A stretch of 45,225 bases of DNA from a virus (lineage: Duplodnaviria > Caudoviricetes): positions 1 through 45,225 of IMG/VR virus record IMGVR_UViG_3300049170_000040; one strand, given 5' to 3'. The notes beneath the pieces were generated by a model. That model did not search any database, was not told where the DNA came from, and was given only the letters and a program-made list of their open reading frames with translations. A program made the translations under genes and the position numbers. Positions 6,926-17,142 of this stretch are shown piece after piece; the first letter of the stretch is position 1, and each line of letters starts with the position of its first letter.

Positions 6926-7584
6926 GGGAGCCTCCTGTACGCGGCGGTCGTCGCGAGTAGTGCGGAGCCGAGCAGGCTGCCGCCGTTGTCGGGCTGAGGA
7001 GCCCCGTCGCGGCGGCAGACCAGTGCGTCCGGGTCGTCCTTGGGCGGCTGCAGCGAGTATCCGTCGGGGCAAGCCTGCCCGTCCTTGCCGTCGACACCAT
7101 CGCGGCCGTCGGCGCCGTCCTGCCCTGCCGGCCCGGGTTCACCCTGCGGCCCGGCCGGGCCGGTAGGGCCTGCCGGACCCGCGGGCCCCGGAGGTCCGGA
7201 CGGTCCCACCGTTCCGACCCCGTCTGTACCGGACGCTCCGGGGCTCCCAGACGGCCCGGTCGGCCCCGGGCTTCCAGCCGGACCTGCAGGGCCAGTCGGG
7301 CCGGGATCCCCTGGAGGGCCGGACGGCCCTGGTGGCCCCTCGATGCTGCGGCCGGGCTCGCCGCGGGAACCTGGCGGGCCCGCCACCGGGTCACCTCCCA
7401 TCCGCTCCACCTGCGCGGCCAGCTGATCGCGCGCCTCGTTCGCCGCACGGAGCTCCACCTGAAGCGACCGGACGCTGATCAGGATCCCCGCCATGATGAG
7501 ACCGAGGACGACGGCCGCCGCCAGGGCGAGCGCGTCACCCCGGCGCCAGCGCTTCTCCTCGGCGCGCAGCTGCTTGCGGATCAT
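6922..7584 (-). CDS. membrane-anchored collagen-like (Gly-X-Y) protein
   Basis: N-terminal TM, coiled coil, long GPP/GPA/GAD repeats, Cys pair near the C-end; ATGA coupling. Confidence 0.85.
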   Translation of the reverse strand: MIRKQLRAEEKRWRRGDALALAAAVVLGLIMAGILISVRSLQVELRAANEARDQLAAQVERMGGDPVAGPPGSRGEPGRSIEGPPGPSGPPGDPGPTGPAGPAGSPGPTGPSGSPGASGTDGVGTVGPSGPPGPAGPAGPTGPAGPQGEPGPAGQDGADGRDGVDGKDGQACPDGYSLQPPKDDPDALVCRRDGAPQPDNGGSLLGSALLATTAAYRRLP

Positions 7585-7877
7585 GACCCAGCTCCTTGGC
7601 TGAGGAGGATGATGACGGGCATCAGCACCGCCACCAGAGGAATGACGACGGCGCCGATCAGCCACCGGCGAGTGGCGACCAGCTTGTCGGCGTCCTTCTC
7701 CCGCAGGGTCTCCAGGGTCGTGACCCGAGTGGTCAGCGCCTCGTGACGCAGGTCGTAGACCTTCTGGTCGACCTTCTCGTCCATACGCCGGCCGAGTTGC
7801 TGGATGTCGTCGCGGACGTCGGCGAGCCGATCTTCCAGGCGGCGGACCATTTCCCCGGGGGTCGGCTCGTCGGCCAT
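7581..7877 (-). CDS. small coiled-coil plus C-terminal TM protein (lysis cassette)
   Basis: [23 protein letters not shown]; located next to the holin. Confidence 0.75.
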   Translation of the reverse strand: MADEPTPGEMVRRLEDRLADVRDDIQQLGRRMDEKVDQKVYDLRHEALTTRVTTLETLREKDADKLVATRRWLIGAVVIPLVAVLMPVIILLSQGAGS

Positions 7878-7891
7878 GCGCGGTGCTCCGA

Positions 7892-8266
7892 TCAGGCGGC
7901 GGGCGTCTTGACGGGGCTGCCCTGCTCGATCGGCAGCGCGGCCACCGGAGCGGTCACCTCACGGCGGATCGCGAGCGCGACGGCGGACTCGACGATCAGC
8001 ATCCACAGGGCCTGCTGCTCGGCGGTCATGTGAAGCCCGAAGGCGAGGAACAGGGCCAGCAGGCCCTGGGCGAGGTTCACGATGGCGGCCGCGGCGGCGC
8101 CGGTGCGGAGCACGATGGCGTTGACGACGGCGACGATCAGCGACAGGACGGCCATGATGGCGCCCTGTTGGGCGTCGGAGACGTCGAGGCCGTATGCGGA
8201 TCCGAGCTTTAGGCCGATGGCCACGAAGGCGAGGATGAAGACGGGCTCGCGTCCGAAGATGCGCAT
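7892..8266 (-). CDS. holin
   Basis: MRIFGREP start, about 4 TM segments, VTAPV C-terminal motif; directly downstream of the endolysin. Confidence 0.8.
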   Translation of the reverse strand: MRIFGREPVFILAFVAIGLKLGSAYGLDVSDAQQGAIMAVLSLIVAVVNAIVLRTGAAAAAIVNLAQGLLALFLAFGLHMTAEQQALWMLIVESAVALAIRREVTAPVAALPIEQGSPVKTPAA

Positions 8267-8279
8267 GAGGTTCTCCAGT

Positions 8280-9107
8280 TCAGTTGGTGAGGCGGGTGGC
8301 GAGCTTGTCGGCGACGAGCTCGGCGATCTGCTCGGCGAGCACGGGGGACGCGGCGAGCTGGTCAGCGATGGCCGTGACCTGCTCGGGGGTGAGGGCCGGC
8401 TGCTGGAGGTTGGCGACCTTCCCAGCGATGTCGCGCAGCGCGGCGTTCTGGTTGGAGTGGACGTGGTCCATCCAGCCCATGACCGCGCCCACACGGACGG
8501 GCTTGCCGTCGGGCGGGCCCTGCTCCTTGTGGGCCCACACGGCGGTGGCGATCTCAGCGGGGGTGGGCATGTCGTCCTCCGGAAGGGGTGTGGTGGATCG
8601 AGGGGCGCCGGCGTGAACCCACTTGTAGAGCGCATCGCCTGGGCAGCTGGTGGCGTAGCCGTCGCGGTGGCCGCCGAGCCACGCCCCTGCGGGGCCTTCT
8701 GCGCGGCAGTAGTCGATGGCGTCACGCAAGCCATCCACCTGTGCGGGCGGCGGGATGGTCAGGCCGGACGAGCCGACGAGTCCGCACACCGCGTAGTCCT
8801 GGTCGTTCAGGGTGGTGTTGCCGTTGGCGGAGTTGCGGCGGCGCAGGCCACGCCCCTCGTACACGTAGCCATGGGTGCAGACGAGGAAGGAGTAGCCGAT
8901 GTCAGACCAGCCGTTGCCGTCCATGTGCTGGGCCTGGAGCTGCCGGACGTAGGCGGCGCACTGCGAGTGAGCGCGCTCGGTGTAGCGGGTGCCGAGGTAG
9001 TGAACCTTCACGCCGCGGCGGCGCTCGCCGCTGTACAGAGTGGCGCCCGACGGCAGCCGGTAGTCTCGCGCTCCCCACTCGGACCGACGAACGAGCTTGA
9101 TGGCCAT
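8280..9107 (-). CDS. endolysin, N-acetylmuramoyl-L-alanine amidase (Amidase_2/PGRP-like)
   Basis: RSEWGA, VHY, GWSDIGYSFLV, YEGRG, GHRD..TSCPG motifs. Confidence 0.92.
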   Translation of the reverse strand: MAIKLVRRSEWGARDYRLPSGATLYSGERRRGVKVHYLGTRYTERAHSQCAAYVRQLQAQHMDGNGWSDIGYSFLVCTHGYVYEGRGLRRRNSANGNTTLNDQDYAVCGLVGSSGLTIPPPAQVDGLRDAIDYCRAEGPAGAWLGGHRDGYATSCPGDALYKWVHAGAPRSTTPLPEDDMPTPAEIATAVWAHKEQGPPDGKPVRVGAVMGWMDHVHSNQNAALRDIAGKVANLQQPALTPEQVTAIADQLAASPVLAEQIAELVADKLATRLTN

Positions 9108-9172
9108 GAGGCCTCCAGACATGAAGAAGGCCCCGGCCGGCGCGGCGCGAGGCGAGCGGAGAGGATCGAGGA

Positions 9173-10804
9173 TCAGGCAGGCATGAGGGTGCGGAGCGCT
9201 TCGACGATCCGGCGGGCAAGGTAGGTGTGGCCAGCGTCGGTGGGGTGGACGTTGTCGGCCCCGACGTAAGTGGCCGCGTTTGCTGTGGTGATCCAAGCGC
9301 CCTGGGTGTCGACCAGAGTGCCCGCCGCGTTGTAGATGGAGCCGGTGATCGGCGAGATGAACGGCAGACCGGCGACTGCAGCTGCAGCCTTCAGTGTGGC
9401 GTCGGTGTTGGTGAGGGAGGCGGCCGGCGTCCCGGAGGGCGACCAGCAGCCGATCACGTACACCTCGCCGCCCGGCACGACTTCGTCCTTCAGGGTCGCG
9501 AACAGGGATTCCGCTGCTGTCTGGATCGAGGGCTGGCTTCCTCCGTTGTCGTTGTAGCCGCCCCAGACGATGAGCCGGTCGAACGCGTAGGGGGCGATGT
9601 CGCCTGCGACGCGGCCGCCGAAGGTGGTGAAGCTGCCGGGGGTGATGTAGCCGGTGCCGCCGCGGCTCTGGTCCCATACGTCGGTGCAGCCGAGCAGGCG
9701 GCCAGCTCGGTAGGTCCAGGTGCCGATCCCTGCGCCTGCGTTCTGTGCGGATCCGTCGCTGATGCTGTCGCCGAGGACGCCGAGCCGGCCACCTTGGGAG
9801 GCTGGCTTCCATGCGGTGGCCCCTGGCGGCAGGAAGAGGCCCCCGAACGGCATGGTGGTGAAGTCGAACCGGATCCGGCGCGGTATCGCGCTCGCGAAGG
9901 CGAACTTGAGTACGTAGCGCGAGCCGGCCGAGGAGGCGCCTGTCGCCTGTGCCAGGTCTGTCACCCTGCGGCCGTTGACCGTGAGTCGGTACCGCGTCGC
10001 AGTCGAGATGTACTTGAAGAGAATCTCGAACTGCGCCGCGTCGGTCTCGAACTCCACCGCCCAGTTGGCCTGCCCGCTCGCGTAGGTGTTGGGGTAGCGG
10101 GACGTCGGCAGATACAGGGTCGTGTCGGGGAACGTCGCGCCGAACTGGAACGATCCCGCTCCCTGGTACAGGAAGGGGCCCATGTTCGGGGCGAGCAGGG
10201 CCTGTGCCGAGGCGATGCTGGAGGTCGACTGCGGCCCGGTCAGGGTGACCGTCGGCACTTCACTGGAAACGGCGTCCGCCGCCAGCGGGTCGGGCAGATC
10301 GCGACGGCGCCAGTGCGCACCCCAGCGCATGCCCCCAGCTGCGAGAGAGTCAGCGACTAGAGTCATGCCGTTGCTGGCCACGCCGACCCTTGTGACTGTG
10401 CCTATCCCGGTTCCTGTGATGAGGTCGCCGCTCGTCGTCACGACGGACTTGGCCAGGGCTGTCGCTTCGAGCGTATTGAGGTCGGTCTCGACGGCCGTGA
10501 GGTCGTCACCCATGTCGAGGGCCGTCGTGGAACGCCTCGGGCCGGCGCCGCCGTTGGCGTCTAGGTAGAGGCTGCGGACTCCGTCGGGGCCGTAGAACTC
10601 GGGTACCGCCCCGGTGCTGTCGGCGGTGAGTTCGCCGCCTGTGATGGGTGTGACGAGGTCGGTCGCCAGCAGGTCGGTGTGCTGGGCGCCTCCGGAGGGC
10701 TGGTTCCAGCATGTGATCGTTGCTCCGGGCTGGAGGGTGGCCGCGTTGGCGGTGCCCACTGAGATCACGTAGTCGGCGATGCCGCCAAAGCGGTGGCGAG
10801 CCAC
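9173..10804 (-). CDS. tail-associated protein with C-terminal SGNH/GDSL hydrolase
   Basis: LGDSISDG, GGTGY, GGYND, DNVHP blocks; last gene of the tail module. Confidence 0.85.
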   Translation of the reverse strand: MARHRFGGIADYVISVGTANAATLQPGATITCWNQPSGGAQHTDLLATDLVTPITGGELTADSTGAVPEFYGPDGVRSLYLDANGGAGPRRSTTALDMGDDLTAVETDLNTLEATALAKSVVTTSGDLITGTGIGTVTRVGVASNGMTLVADSLAAGGMRWGAHWRRRDLPDPLAADAVSSEVPTVTLTGPQSTSSIASAQALLAPNMGPFLYQGAGSFQFGATFPDTTLYLPTSRYPNTYASGQANWAVEFETDAAQFEILFKYISTATRYRLTVNGRRVTDLAQATGASSAGSRYVLKFAFASAIPRRIRFDFTTMPFGGLFLPPGATAWKPASQGGRLGVLGDSISDGSAQNAGAGIGTWTYRAGRLLGCTDVWDQSRGGTGYITPGSFTTFGGRVAGDIAPYAFDRLIVWGGYNDNGGSQPSIQTAAESLFATLKDEVVPGGEVYVIGCWSPSGTPAASLTNTDATLKAAAAVAGLPFISPITGSIYNAAGTLVDTQGAWITTANAATYVGADNVHPTDAGHTYLARRIVEALRTLMPA

Positions 10805-10818
10805 AGTGCCTCCTTCTG

Positions 10819-11739
10819 TCAGTACTTCAGATAGGTCGCAGTGATCAAGATGATCTGACCGGCTGGGACATCGGCCGACAGGTTCCGGATCCAGATCTCT
10901 CCACTGGCCCGTACCTCGACGCGGCCGTTGACTCCGCTTGAGAACTGACCCGTGAAGTACTGGTCGCGGTCTGGCCGTAGTGCGGTGGGAACTGTGGCGA
11001 TCTTGGATCCGTCCTGATTGCTCCGCAGGAGGGTCGAGCCGGTGCGCGATCTACCCAGTCGTAGTGACACGACGTTGCCGATCAAGCGGCCGACTGAGTC
11101 GCCGAAGGGAGCCCATTCAGAGAAGCCTGCGCCGAGGGTCAGCTCGCCTGTGTCCTGGTGGACCAGTTCCCAGCTGCTGCCGGTCCAGCCGTACCACCTC
11201 GAGGTGTCTGTCTCGAAGATCTGCTCTCCGCGGCGCGGGGCCAGAGGGCGTGTGGCCGAGGTGCACGGCCGAATGCGGTTGCCGATGTACTGCTCGTCGC
11301 GCGTCACCGTGACTGAGGCGGCGGCATTGATCACCGTGACCTTCGCGAGGGAAACCTCAAACAGGCCAGTCGACCCGGTGCTCTGCGTCAGGGCAGGGGC
11401 ACCGGCACCGGGAGTGCCAGCGACCACCACGGCACGGACGTCCCAGGTCGAACGGTCGAGGCGCAAGACGACCCGGTCGACCCGGGTAGAACCGGACGAG
11501 TTGCTACCGATCGCGAGGGACGTGTCAACGGTCCCAGACGACCAGGCGAACCCGCGCACGGAAGCGTAGACGCCCGAGCGGACGGTGACCTGCAGTCCGG
11601 CGCCTGCGGCCACGACTGCGGTGTCGGCCGGGGATCCGTCAACGCCGTCGTCGGAGAACCGCTGGGCGATCCGCTCATACTCGGCCTGAGTGACCGAGCC
11701 TGAGCTGTGATTCGGTGACGGCCAGGAGTCCTGGGCCAT
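10819..11739 (-). CDS. minor tail protein
   Basis: RVDRVVLRLD motif typical of actinophage minor tail proteins; synteny. Confidence 0.8.
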   Translation of the reverse strand: MAQDSWPSPNHSSGSVTQAEYERIAQRFSDDGVDGSPADTAVVAAGAGLQVTVRSGVYASVRGFAWSSGTVDTSLAIGSNSSGSTRVDRVVLRLDRSTWDVRAVVVAGTPGAGAPALTQSTGSTGLFEVSLAKVTVINAAASVTVTRDEQYIGNRIRPCTSATRPLAPRRGEQIFETDTSRWYGWTGSSWELVHQDTGELTLGAGFSEWAPFGDSVGRLIGNVVSLRLGRSRTGSTLLRSNQDGSKIATVPTALRPDRDQYFTGQFSSGVNGRVEVRASGEIWIRNLSADVPAGQIILITATYLKY

Positions 11740-11742
11740 GCT

Positions 11743-12903
11743 CTACCTCGCTTCGATTCGGCCGAGCCTGCGGCCCAGCTCGCGTACCAGCCGCACCATC
11801 GCGGGATCAGAAGTGGCCTCCGGGGATCCGATCAGCGAGGTGACGTACTCGCCGCTGGTCGGGGTGGCTTGCAGATGGATGGAGCGCACCAGGTCGATCA
11901 CCTCCACGCCGGTCGGCAGGGCGACAGTGACTCGGTCGCCGAGTCCGAAGTCGCGGCCGGCTTTTAGGTCTTCGGTGTCTACCGTGACGGTGGCCAGCTC
12001 CACCGGGGCGGCGCCCGAGGCAAGCGCCTCGGTGCCGTCCTGGGTGAGCTCGCCCCCCGTGTTGTTGTCGGCAGTGCCCGCCACAAGCTGCTCTACGCGC
12101 CACCATGCAGACGCCGCGGCGGCGTCGGAGACGTCGACGTAGGCGCGAGGCGTGGCCTGGTCGGATCCAGTGACCAGGGCGTGTGTGACCGTCGGAGCCG
12201 ACTGCTTGTACTGCACCGACCGGAGGTTGCCCAGTCCGGAAGAGAAGCGCGCGGTGAGGGTTCTGTCTACTGGCGCGTACACCTCGAACTCGATCTGCGA
12301 GCTTGTCTGACGGGTGCGGAAGCCGAGGCCGCCGCCGGCGATCGCCACGCGGCGGCAGGCGGCCAGCAGGCCCTCGAACCGGGTGTTCACCGATGTCGTG
12401 GTGCCTACCCCGGCCGCCGCGGCGAGTGCGAACCCCGTGATCTGCCTTGCGGCAAGGGCACCCGGTCCGCAGTTCTCGTTTACGAGGGTTCGGATGATCG
12501 TCTCGGCGTTAGTGGCGGTGATCTGTCTCGCCGTGTTCGGCTGGGCTGACCAGACGGAGGCCGGGGCGGGCCAGGTCAGGTAGCCGGCAGGGCGGGCGAG
12601 ATCGTCGGAGAAGGCCACGGTCACTTTGCCAGGGGGTGCATCGCCGCTCTCGCCGATGCTCCATGAGAAGTCGACCGGGACTTCCATGGGGCCGGCCATC
12701 CACACCTCGCCGTCGCGGATGACCATGAGGCGGTTGCCGGGCTGCAGCTGGGCCATGGTCGCCGGATGGGCTGGCAGAGTGACCGTGCCGGAGCCGGGCT
12801 CGTTGAAGCGCACCGTGACGTCCAGGTTCGTCCAGTCGACGAGCGGGTCGCCCTGAATGGCGAGCGCGCCGTTGGTCACAAGGAGCTGGATCGACACGCT
12901 CAC
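11743..12903 (-). CDS. minor tail protein (ReqiPepy6 gp37-like hub)
   Basis: RFNEPGSG, DFGLGDRVTV motifs; follows the Dit-like gene. Confidence 0.8.
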   Translation of the reverse strand: MSVSIQLLVTNGALAIQGDPLVDWTNLDVTVRFNEPGSGTVTLPAHPATMAQLQPGNRLMVIRDGEVWMAGPMEVPVDFSWSIGESGDAPPGKVTVAFSDDLARPAGYLTWPAPASVWSAQPNTARQITATNAETIIRTLVNENCGPGALAARQITGFALAAAAGVGTTTSVNTRFEGLLAACRRVAIAGGGLGFRTRQTSSQIEFEVYAPVDRTLTARFSSGLGNLRSVQYKQSAPTVTHALVTGSDQATPRAYVDVSDAAAASAWWRVEQLVAGTADNNTGGELTQDGTEALASGAAPVELATVTVDTEDLKAGRDFGLGDRVTVALPTGVEVIDLVRSIHLQATPTSGEYVTSLIGSPEATSDPAMVRLVRELGRRLGRIEAR

Positions 12904-12907
12904 CTCC

Positions 12908-13855
12908 TCAGGCCGTCTCGAAGCGCGGGTTGAAGGTCATCTCGACGGCCGACCCGGCGGCAGATCCGTCGAGCTGGAATGTCACCGGAGTACTCCCGGG
13001 GGGCAGCGACCACAGCGAGGCGGACGGCCAGTCCAGGGCGCCGATCCAGTTCGAGCCGTCCTGGTATCGGACCTGTGGCGGGTCGGTGCGGACCGTGACC
13101 TGTTCCTCTGCCAGGAGGTTCCCGTGGCCTACCGCGGTCGGATTGAGCACGAAGGACTCGCCGGTGTCGGTTCGCGTGAAGGTCACGAGGCTGGCGGGAC
13201 CGGTGATGGTCCACGTCGGCCAGACCACTACGTCACCCGGGTTCGTAACCGTCGTTGAGCCCAGGAGCTGGCCGGATGACACCGTCGGGAACGGGCTGAG
13301 GAACGGTACCGCCGAGCCGTACTTGCGGTGCACTGTCTCGGCGACGGGGTCCACCCAATACGGGTCTTCGCAGTACAGGGTGAGGACCGCGCTGTCGTAC
13401 AGCGGGCTCGACCCGTTCCGGCTGCTCTGCCCGTCGAAGCCGTCCTCGTAGTACACCCGGATGTGGCGGCGGCTGCCGTCAGGCCGGGCAACCTCCAGCA
13501 GGCCTGGACCGTCGCGGAGCGTCCGTGTGAATGCCCGAGCCAGGTCACGCCAGCGTGCAATGAACTCCGCATGGGTGGCCCCGGACACATGAAGTGGCCA
13601 CACGATCGAGCGGGCCAGCGGCTGTATGTGCCGGAGCCTGGACCCGCCGCGGGGATGCGGGTCCGTGGTGAGCTCCACAGGAGCCGCACCGAGGCCAGAG
13701 ACGCCGTCGGCGAGCGTGTGCCAGCCCACCGACGGGTCTGTCAGCGGCCACTCCGTCCCGGCGGGGTCGTAGTAGGTGACCGAGATGTACCCGGTTTCGG
13801 GCACGAGGACCGGCGGCGGGGCAGGTGATGCTGCCGCTGTGGTGATGATGGGCAT
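12908..13855 (-). CDS. distal tail (Dit-like) protein
   Basis: LYCEDPYW, NPGDV..WPTWTITGP, LPPG motifs; immediately after the tape measure gene. Confidence 0.85.
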   Translation of the reverse strand: MPIITTAAASPAPPPVLVPETGYISVTYYDPAGTEWPLTDPSVGWHTLADGVSGLGAAPVELTTDPHPRGGSRLRHIQPLARSIVWPLHVSGATHAEFIARWRDLARAFTRTLRDGPGLLEVARPDGSRRHIRVYYEDGFDGQSSRNGSSPLYDSAVLTLYCEDPYWVDPVAETVHRKYGSAVPFLSPFPTVSSGQLLGSTTVTNPGDVVVWPTWTITGPASLVTFTRTDTGESFVLNPTAVGHGNLLAEEQVTVRTDPPQVRYQDGSNWIGALDWPSASLWSLPPGSTPVTFQLDGSAAGSAVEMTFNPRFETA

Positions 13856-16831
13856 CTACCGCGGCCTCCCCACCCGTGACCGGGCCTCTTCCTGCCTCTG
13901 GATCAGCCGGAGATCACCGGCGTCGATGACCGACTTGCGCGGGTACACGTTGTATGTGATGTGCTGCTCCGACACTCCCCCTCCGGCCGTCTTGCGGGGC
14001 GCCGACGGAAACATGCGGGCAGGCATCAGAGCGCCGGGGGTACGCATCGTGTTCAGCCTGTCGAGCATCCCGAGGCCCCAGTGACGGACGGCGGACGCCC
14101 TGATGACGTACTCGCCGTTCGACAGCCACGCCGGGACGCTGTCGCTCGTCGAGCTGCCCGGTCCGACCACGGAGCCACCGGTCGGGAAACCTTGGACTTG
14201 GCCGCCCGAGGCGAGCTTGTTGATCCGTCCGCCGCCAGCTCGGCCGAACTCGTAGCTGTCGGCATACGGTCCTGGCGGACGCCCCTTCTGAAAGTAGAGG
14301 GTCGTCACACTGATCGTCCGGCCGTCGAGCTCGTTGATACGCGCCTCGAGCCCTCTGAGCGCTGCGTAGACCGGCCCTGTCGGGGCGCTGATGCGGACTG
14401 TGCCGTTCGGGAGATGCTCAACGCGGTATCCGAGCCGGGTCAGTTCCTGGATCGCCCCGGCGGTGGGTGCCTTGACGGTCACCGTCTTTCCTGGCGGAAG
14501 AGCGGCCAGCTTCGCGTGAAGCGCCACAAGTTCGCCGTGTGCGGCAACAGCGCCCGGGGCCGACACGTGGGTCGACGCCGTGGGCGGCAGCTGCACGTAG
14601 GCTGCGGTGAGTTCGTCGATCTGCTTTGTGGTGAAGCCCGCCTGGGACATGGTCGCGCGCAGGGTCTCGATGTTCTTGGCGAGGACCATGTTGCCGGCCT
14701 CGACGGAGCCCTTCTGCTCGGCAACAGATTCCGCGTGGGCCATGGCGGCCTTCGCGGCGTCGAGGAAGGCGCCCTTGACCGCACGCCCCTTCTCTGAGGT
14801 GACGTCCAGGGTCTTGCCGTTTTCCTTTACCGCCTCGGAGAGCTGGGCGAGCGAGTCACGGAAGGCGATCTCGTTCTCGGCTGCACTGATGGCCACTCCG
14901 TTCAGGGCTTTGAGGGCATCCGAGAGCTTCTCGGCCTCCGTGCGCTGGTCGGCCATCTCGTCCGCCGTCATCGCCGTCTCGTCACCGAGGACGCCCTGCG
15001 AGTCGGCAGCGAGTTTGGTCTGGGTGTCTGCGGTCGTGAGTGCTTCCGCGTATTGAGGGAGCAGGGTGCGGAGCTTGTCCGTCGACGTGCCGCCCTTTTC
15101 GGCCTCGGCCGCCAGGGCCCTGAAGTTCTCAGCGGCGAGCTTCGGATTGCCTGACTGGACCAGGGACGCGAGGGCCTCGTCGACTGCCTTGATCTTCTCG
15201 GTGGCCTTGTCGAGGCCTGGGCCGCCGTGCTCCGTACCGGGGTCGAACGTACCGAAGAAGTCCTCGACCCTGTCCAGCAGCCCGGGGTGGGCGATGCGGG
15301 CCACTGCCTCTCCGAAGCCGTCGAGGTCTTGGCCGAAGTTGCGGGTGAGTTCGCCCGCGACCTTTCCCTTCTGGGCGAAGTCGACGAGCGCGTTGGTCAT
15401 CTTGGTGACGTTCGGAGGGGCCTCGCGGAACTGTTCTGCGACCTTATTGATGCCCCAGCCGATTGCGGCGATGGTGCCGAGGACGAGGCCGAGCTTGCCC
15501 AGGGTGAGGAGCGAGGCCCGGGTGGCAGCGGCTGTCACGCCGAGCGCCGCGAGCTCACGTCGCACAATCATGACGCGGGGAAGGAACAGGAGGATGGAGG
15601 CGCCAACAAGACCGAGAACGCCCACGATGCCGGTCATGAGGCCCGCAGCTTCCTGGAGTCCCGGCGGCAGGGTGTTGTAGGCGTTCACGAGCCGGGTGAT
15701 CCACTGGACCATGTCGCGAAGCGCGGCGTTCGCTGCCGTGCCGGTCTGGATGAGGGCGGTCTCCATTGCGCTACGAAGGAGCCTCAGGTCGCCGATCAGG
15801 TTGTCCATGCGGGTTTGCGCGACTGCAGCCGCGTAGCCCTGGTCGTTGACGGCGTCCGTGTAGGTGCGCAAGCCCTGCTCGCCGTGCTTGTAGAGGATGT
15901 TCGCCGCGCGGACCGCGTCGGAGCCGAAGATGACGCCCATCGCCGCGTTCCGGGCTTCGGGCGTGAGGTTCGAGAAAGCGGTCTTCATTCGGCCAGCGAA
16001 CTCGTGCAGGCCGACGAAGTTGCCCTGGGCGTCGTAGGCGGACAGCCCGAGCGTCTCCATCGTGGCTGCGGCTTCCTTCGACTGCGGGGTCAACCTCTGC
16101 AGCATGACCTTCATCGACGTACCGGCGTCGGAGCCCTTGAGACCCTCGGCGGCAAAGAGCGTCAAGGCGCCCACGGTGTCCTCGATGGATAGCCCAGTCT
16201 GCGAAGCGACCTGACCAACCATGCGCAGCGACATGCCCATCTGGTGCACGTCCGTGGTGGACTTGTTGGCGGCAGCGGCCAGCAGGTCGGCGATGTGGCC
16301 GACGTCCTTGCCCTTCAGTCCGAACACGGTCATGGCGTTGGCCGCGATCTCCGCGCCTTCGGCGACGTTGACCTCCGCGGCGGCGGCCAGGTTCAGAGCG
16401 CCCTTGAGGGCGCCTCCCGCGATGTCGGCGGTGCTGACACCGGCCTTTGCCAGTTCGTGCATCGCATCAGCAGCCTGGACGGCACTGAAGGCTGTGGTGC
16501 GCCCAGCTTCCAACGCCGCTGCCCGCAGAGTTGCCATTTCACCGGACGAAGCCTGGGTGACAGCCTCGACGTTCGACATGGCCTTCTCGAACTTTGCCGC
16601 CGCTGCGACGGCGAACCCGAAGGCGGCGATGAGGGCGATACTGCCGCCCTGAACAGCCTGAAGTGTCCTCCGCTGATGCTCGCCGATACGGGTCATCGTC
16701 CGGCCGGCGTCACGCATGCTGGCCCGGATGCCGGCCGACGTCCGGGTCGAGGTCCGGGACGCCTCCTCCATACGGGTCCGAAATGCCGTGATGTCGGCGG
16801 TCAGCAGCACGGAGACGGTACGGACGGCCAC
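13856..16831 (-). CDS. tape measure protein (TP901-family core)
   Basis: 991 aa, Ala-rich helical; FEKAMSNV, GSDAGTS, IFGSDA, GPGSSTSDSVPAWLSNGEYV motifs. Confidence 0.95.
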   Translation of the reverse strand: MAVRTVSVLLTADITAFRTRMEEASRTSTRTSAGIRASMRDAGRTMTRIGEHQRRTLQAVQGGSIALIAAFGFAVAAAAKFEKAMSNVEAVTQASSGEMATLRAAALEAGRTTAFSAVQAADAMHELAKAGVSTADIAGGALKGALNLAAAAEVNVAEGAEIAANAMTVFGLKGKDVGHIADLLAAAANKSTTDVHQMGMSLRMVGQVASQTGLSIEDTVGALTLFAAEGLKGSDAGTSMKVMLQRLTPQSKEAAATMETLGLSAYDAQGNFVGLHEFAGRMKTAFSNLTPEARNAAMGVIFGSDAVRAANILYKHGEQGLRTYTDAVNDQGYAAAVAQTRMDNLIGDLRLLRSAMETALIQTGTAANAALRDMVQWITRLVNAYNTLPPGLQEAAGLMTGIVGVLGLVGASILLFLPRVMIVRRELAALGVTAAATRASLLTLGKLGLVLGTIAAIGWGINKVAEQFREAPPNVTKMTNALVDFAQKGKVAGELTRNFGQDLDGFGEAVARIAHPGLLDRVEDFFGTFDPGTEHGGPGLDKATEKIKAVDEALASLVQSGNPKLAAENFRALAAEAEKGGTSTDKLRTLLPQYAEALTTADTQTKLAADSQGVLGDETAMTADEMADQRTEAEKLSDALKALNGVAISAAENEIAFRDSLAQLSEAVKENGKTLDVTSEKGRAVKGAFLDAAKAAMAHAESVAEQKGSVEAGNMVLAKNIETLRATMSQAGFTTKQIDELTAAYVQLPPTASTHVSAPGAVAAHGELVALHAKLAALPPGKTVTVKAPTAGAIQELTRLGYRVEHLPNGTVRISAPTGPVYAALRGLEARINELDGRTISVTTLYFQKGRPPGPYADSYEFGRAGGGRINKLASGGQVQGFPTGGSVVGPGSSTSDSVPAWLSNGEYVIRASAVRHWGLGMLDRLNTMRTPGALMPARMFPSAPRKTAGGGVSEQHITYNVYPRKSVIDAGDLRLIQRQEEARSRVGRPR

Positions 16832-16834
16832 GGC

Positions 16835-17142
16835 TCACCCCCTTGTCACGTGGACGTGGAGGCCTCGGGTGTCCCCGCCGGCCTTTTCGTGTTGAGTGAT
16901 GGCGCGAGCAGCGGCGGCGCACGCGTGACATTTGGTGAGTTCGCCGCGCCAGGCAAACTCGTTGGCCGGGTCGGTGGCCTCGTCCCACGGCTGTCTGCAG
17001 TCGGGGCACCGGTCTGCTTCCACGAGGCTGAGGGCGTAGGCCCAGTCGCGGTCATCCTCGAGCCACAAGGGCTCTCCTGGCTGTGGCCATGGCCGGCCGA
17101 GGAAGATGGAGCGGGGCACTCCCCACGCCCGCGCCGTCTCTA
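16835..17142 (-). CDS. tail assembly chaperone, frameshift extension (gpGT-like)
   Basis: Open -1 frame overlapping the chaperone stop; WLEDDRDWA..CPDC...CHAC; no obvious start of its own. Confidence 0.65.

Noticed and set aside
7080-7390. DNA tandem-repeat element
   Set aside because: Periodicity is fully explained by Gly-X-Y collagen codons; the 2380-2470 repeats likewise encode the Ku Lys/Ala tail.
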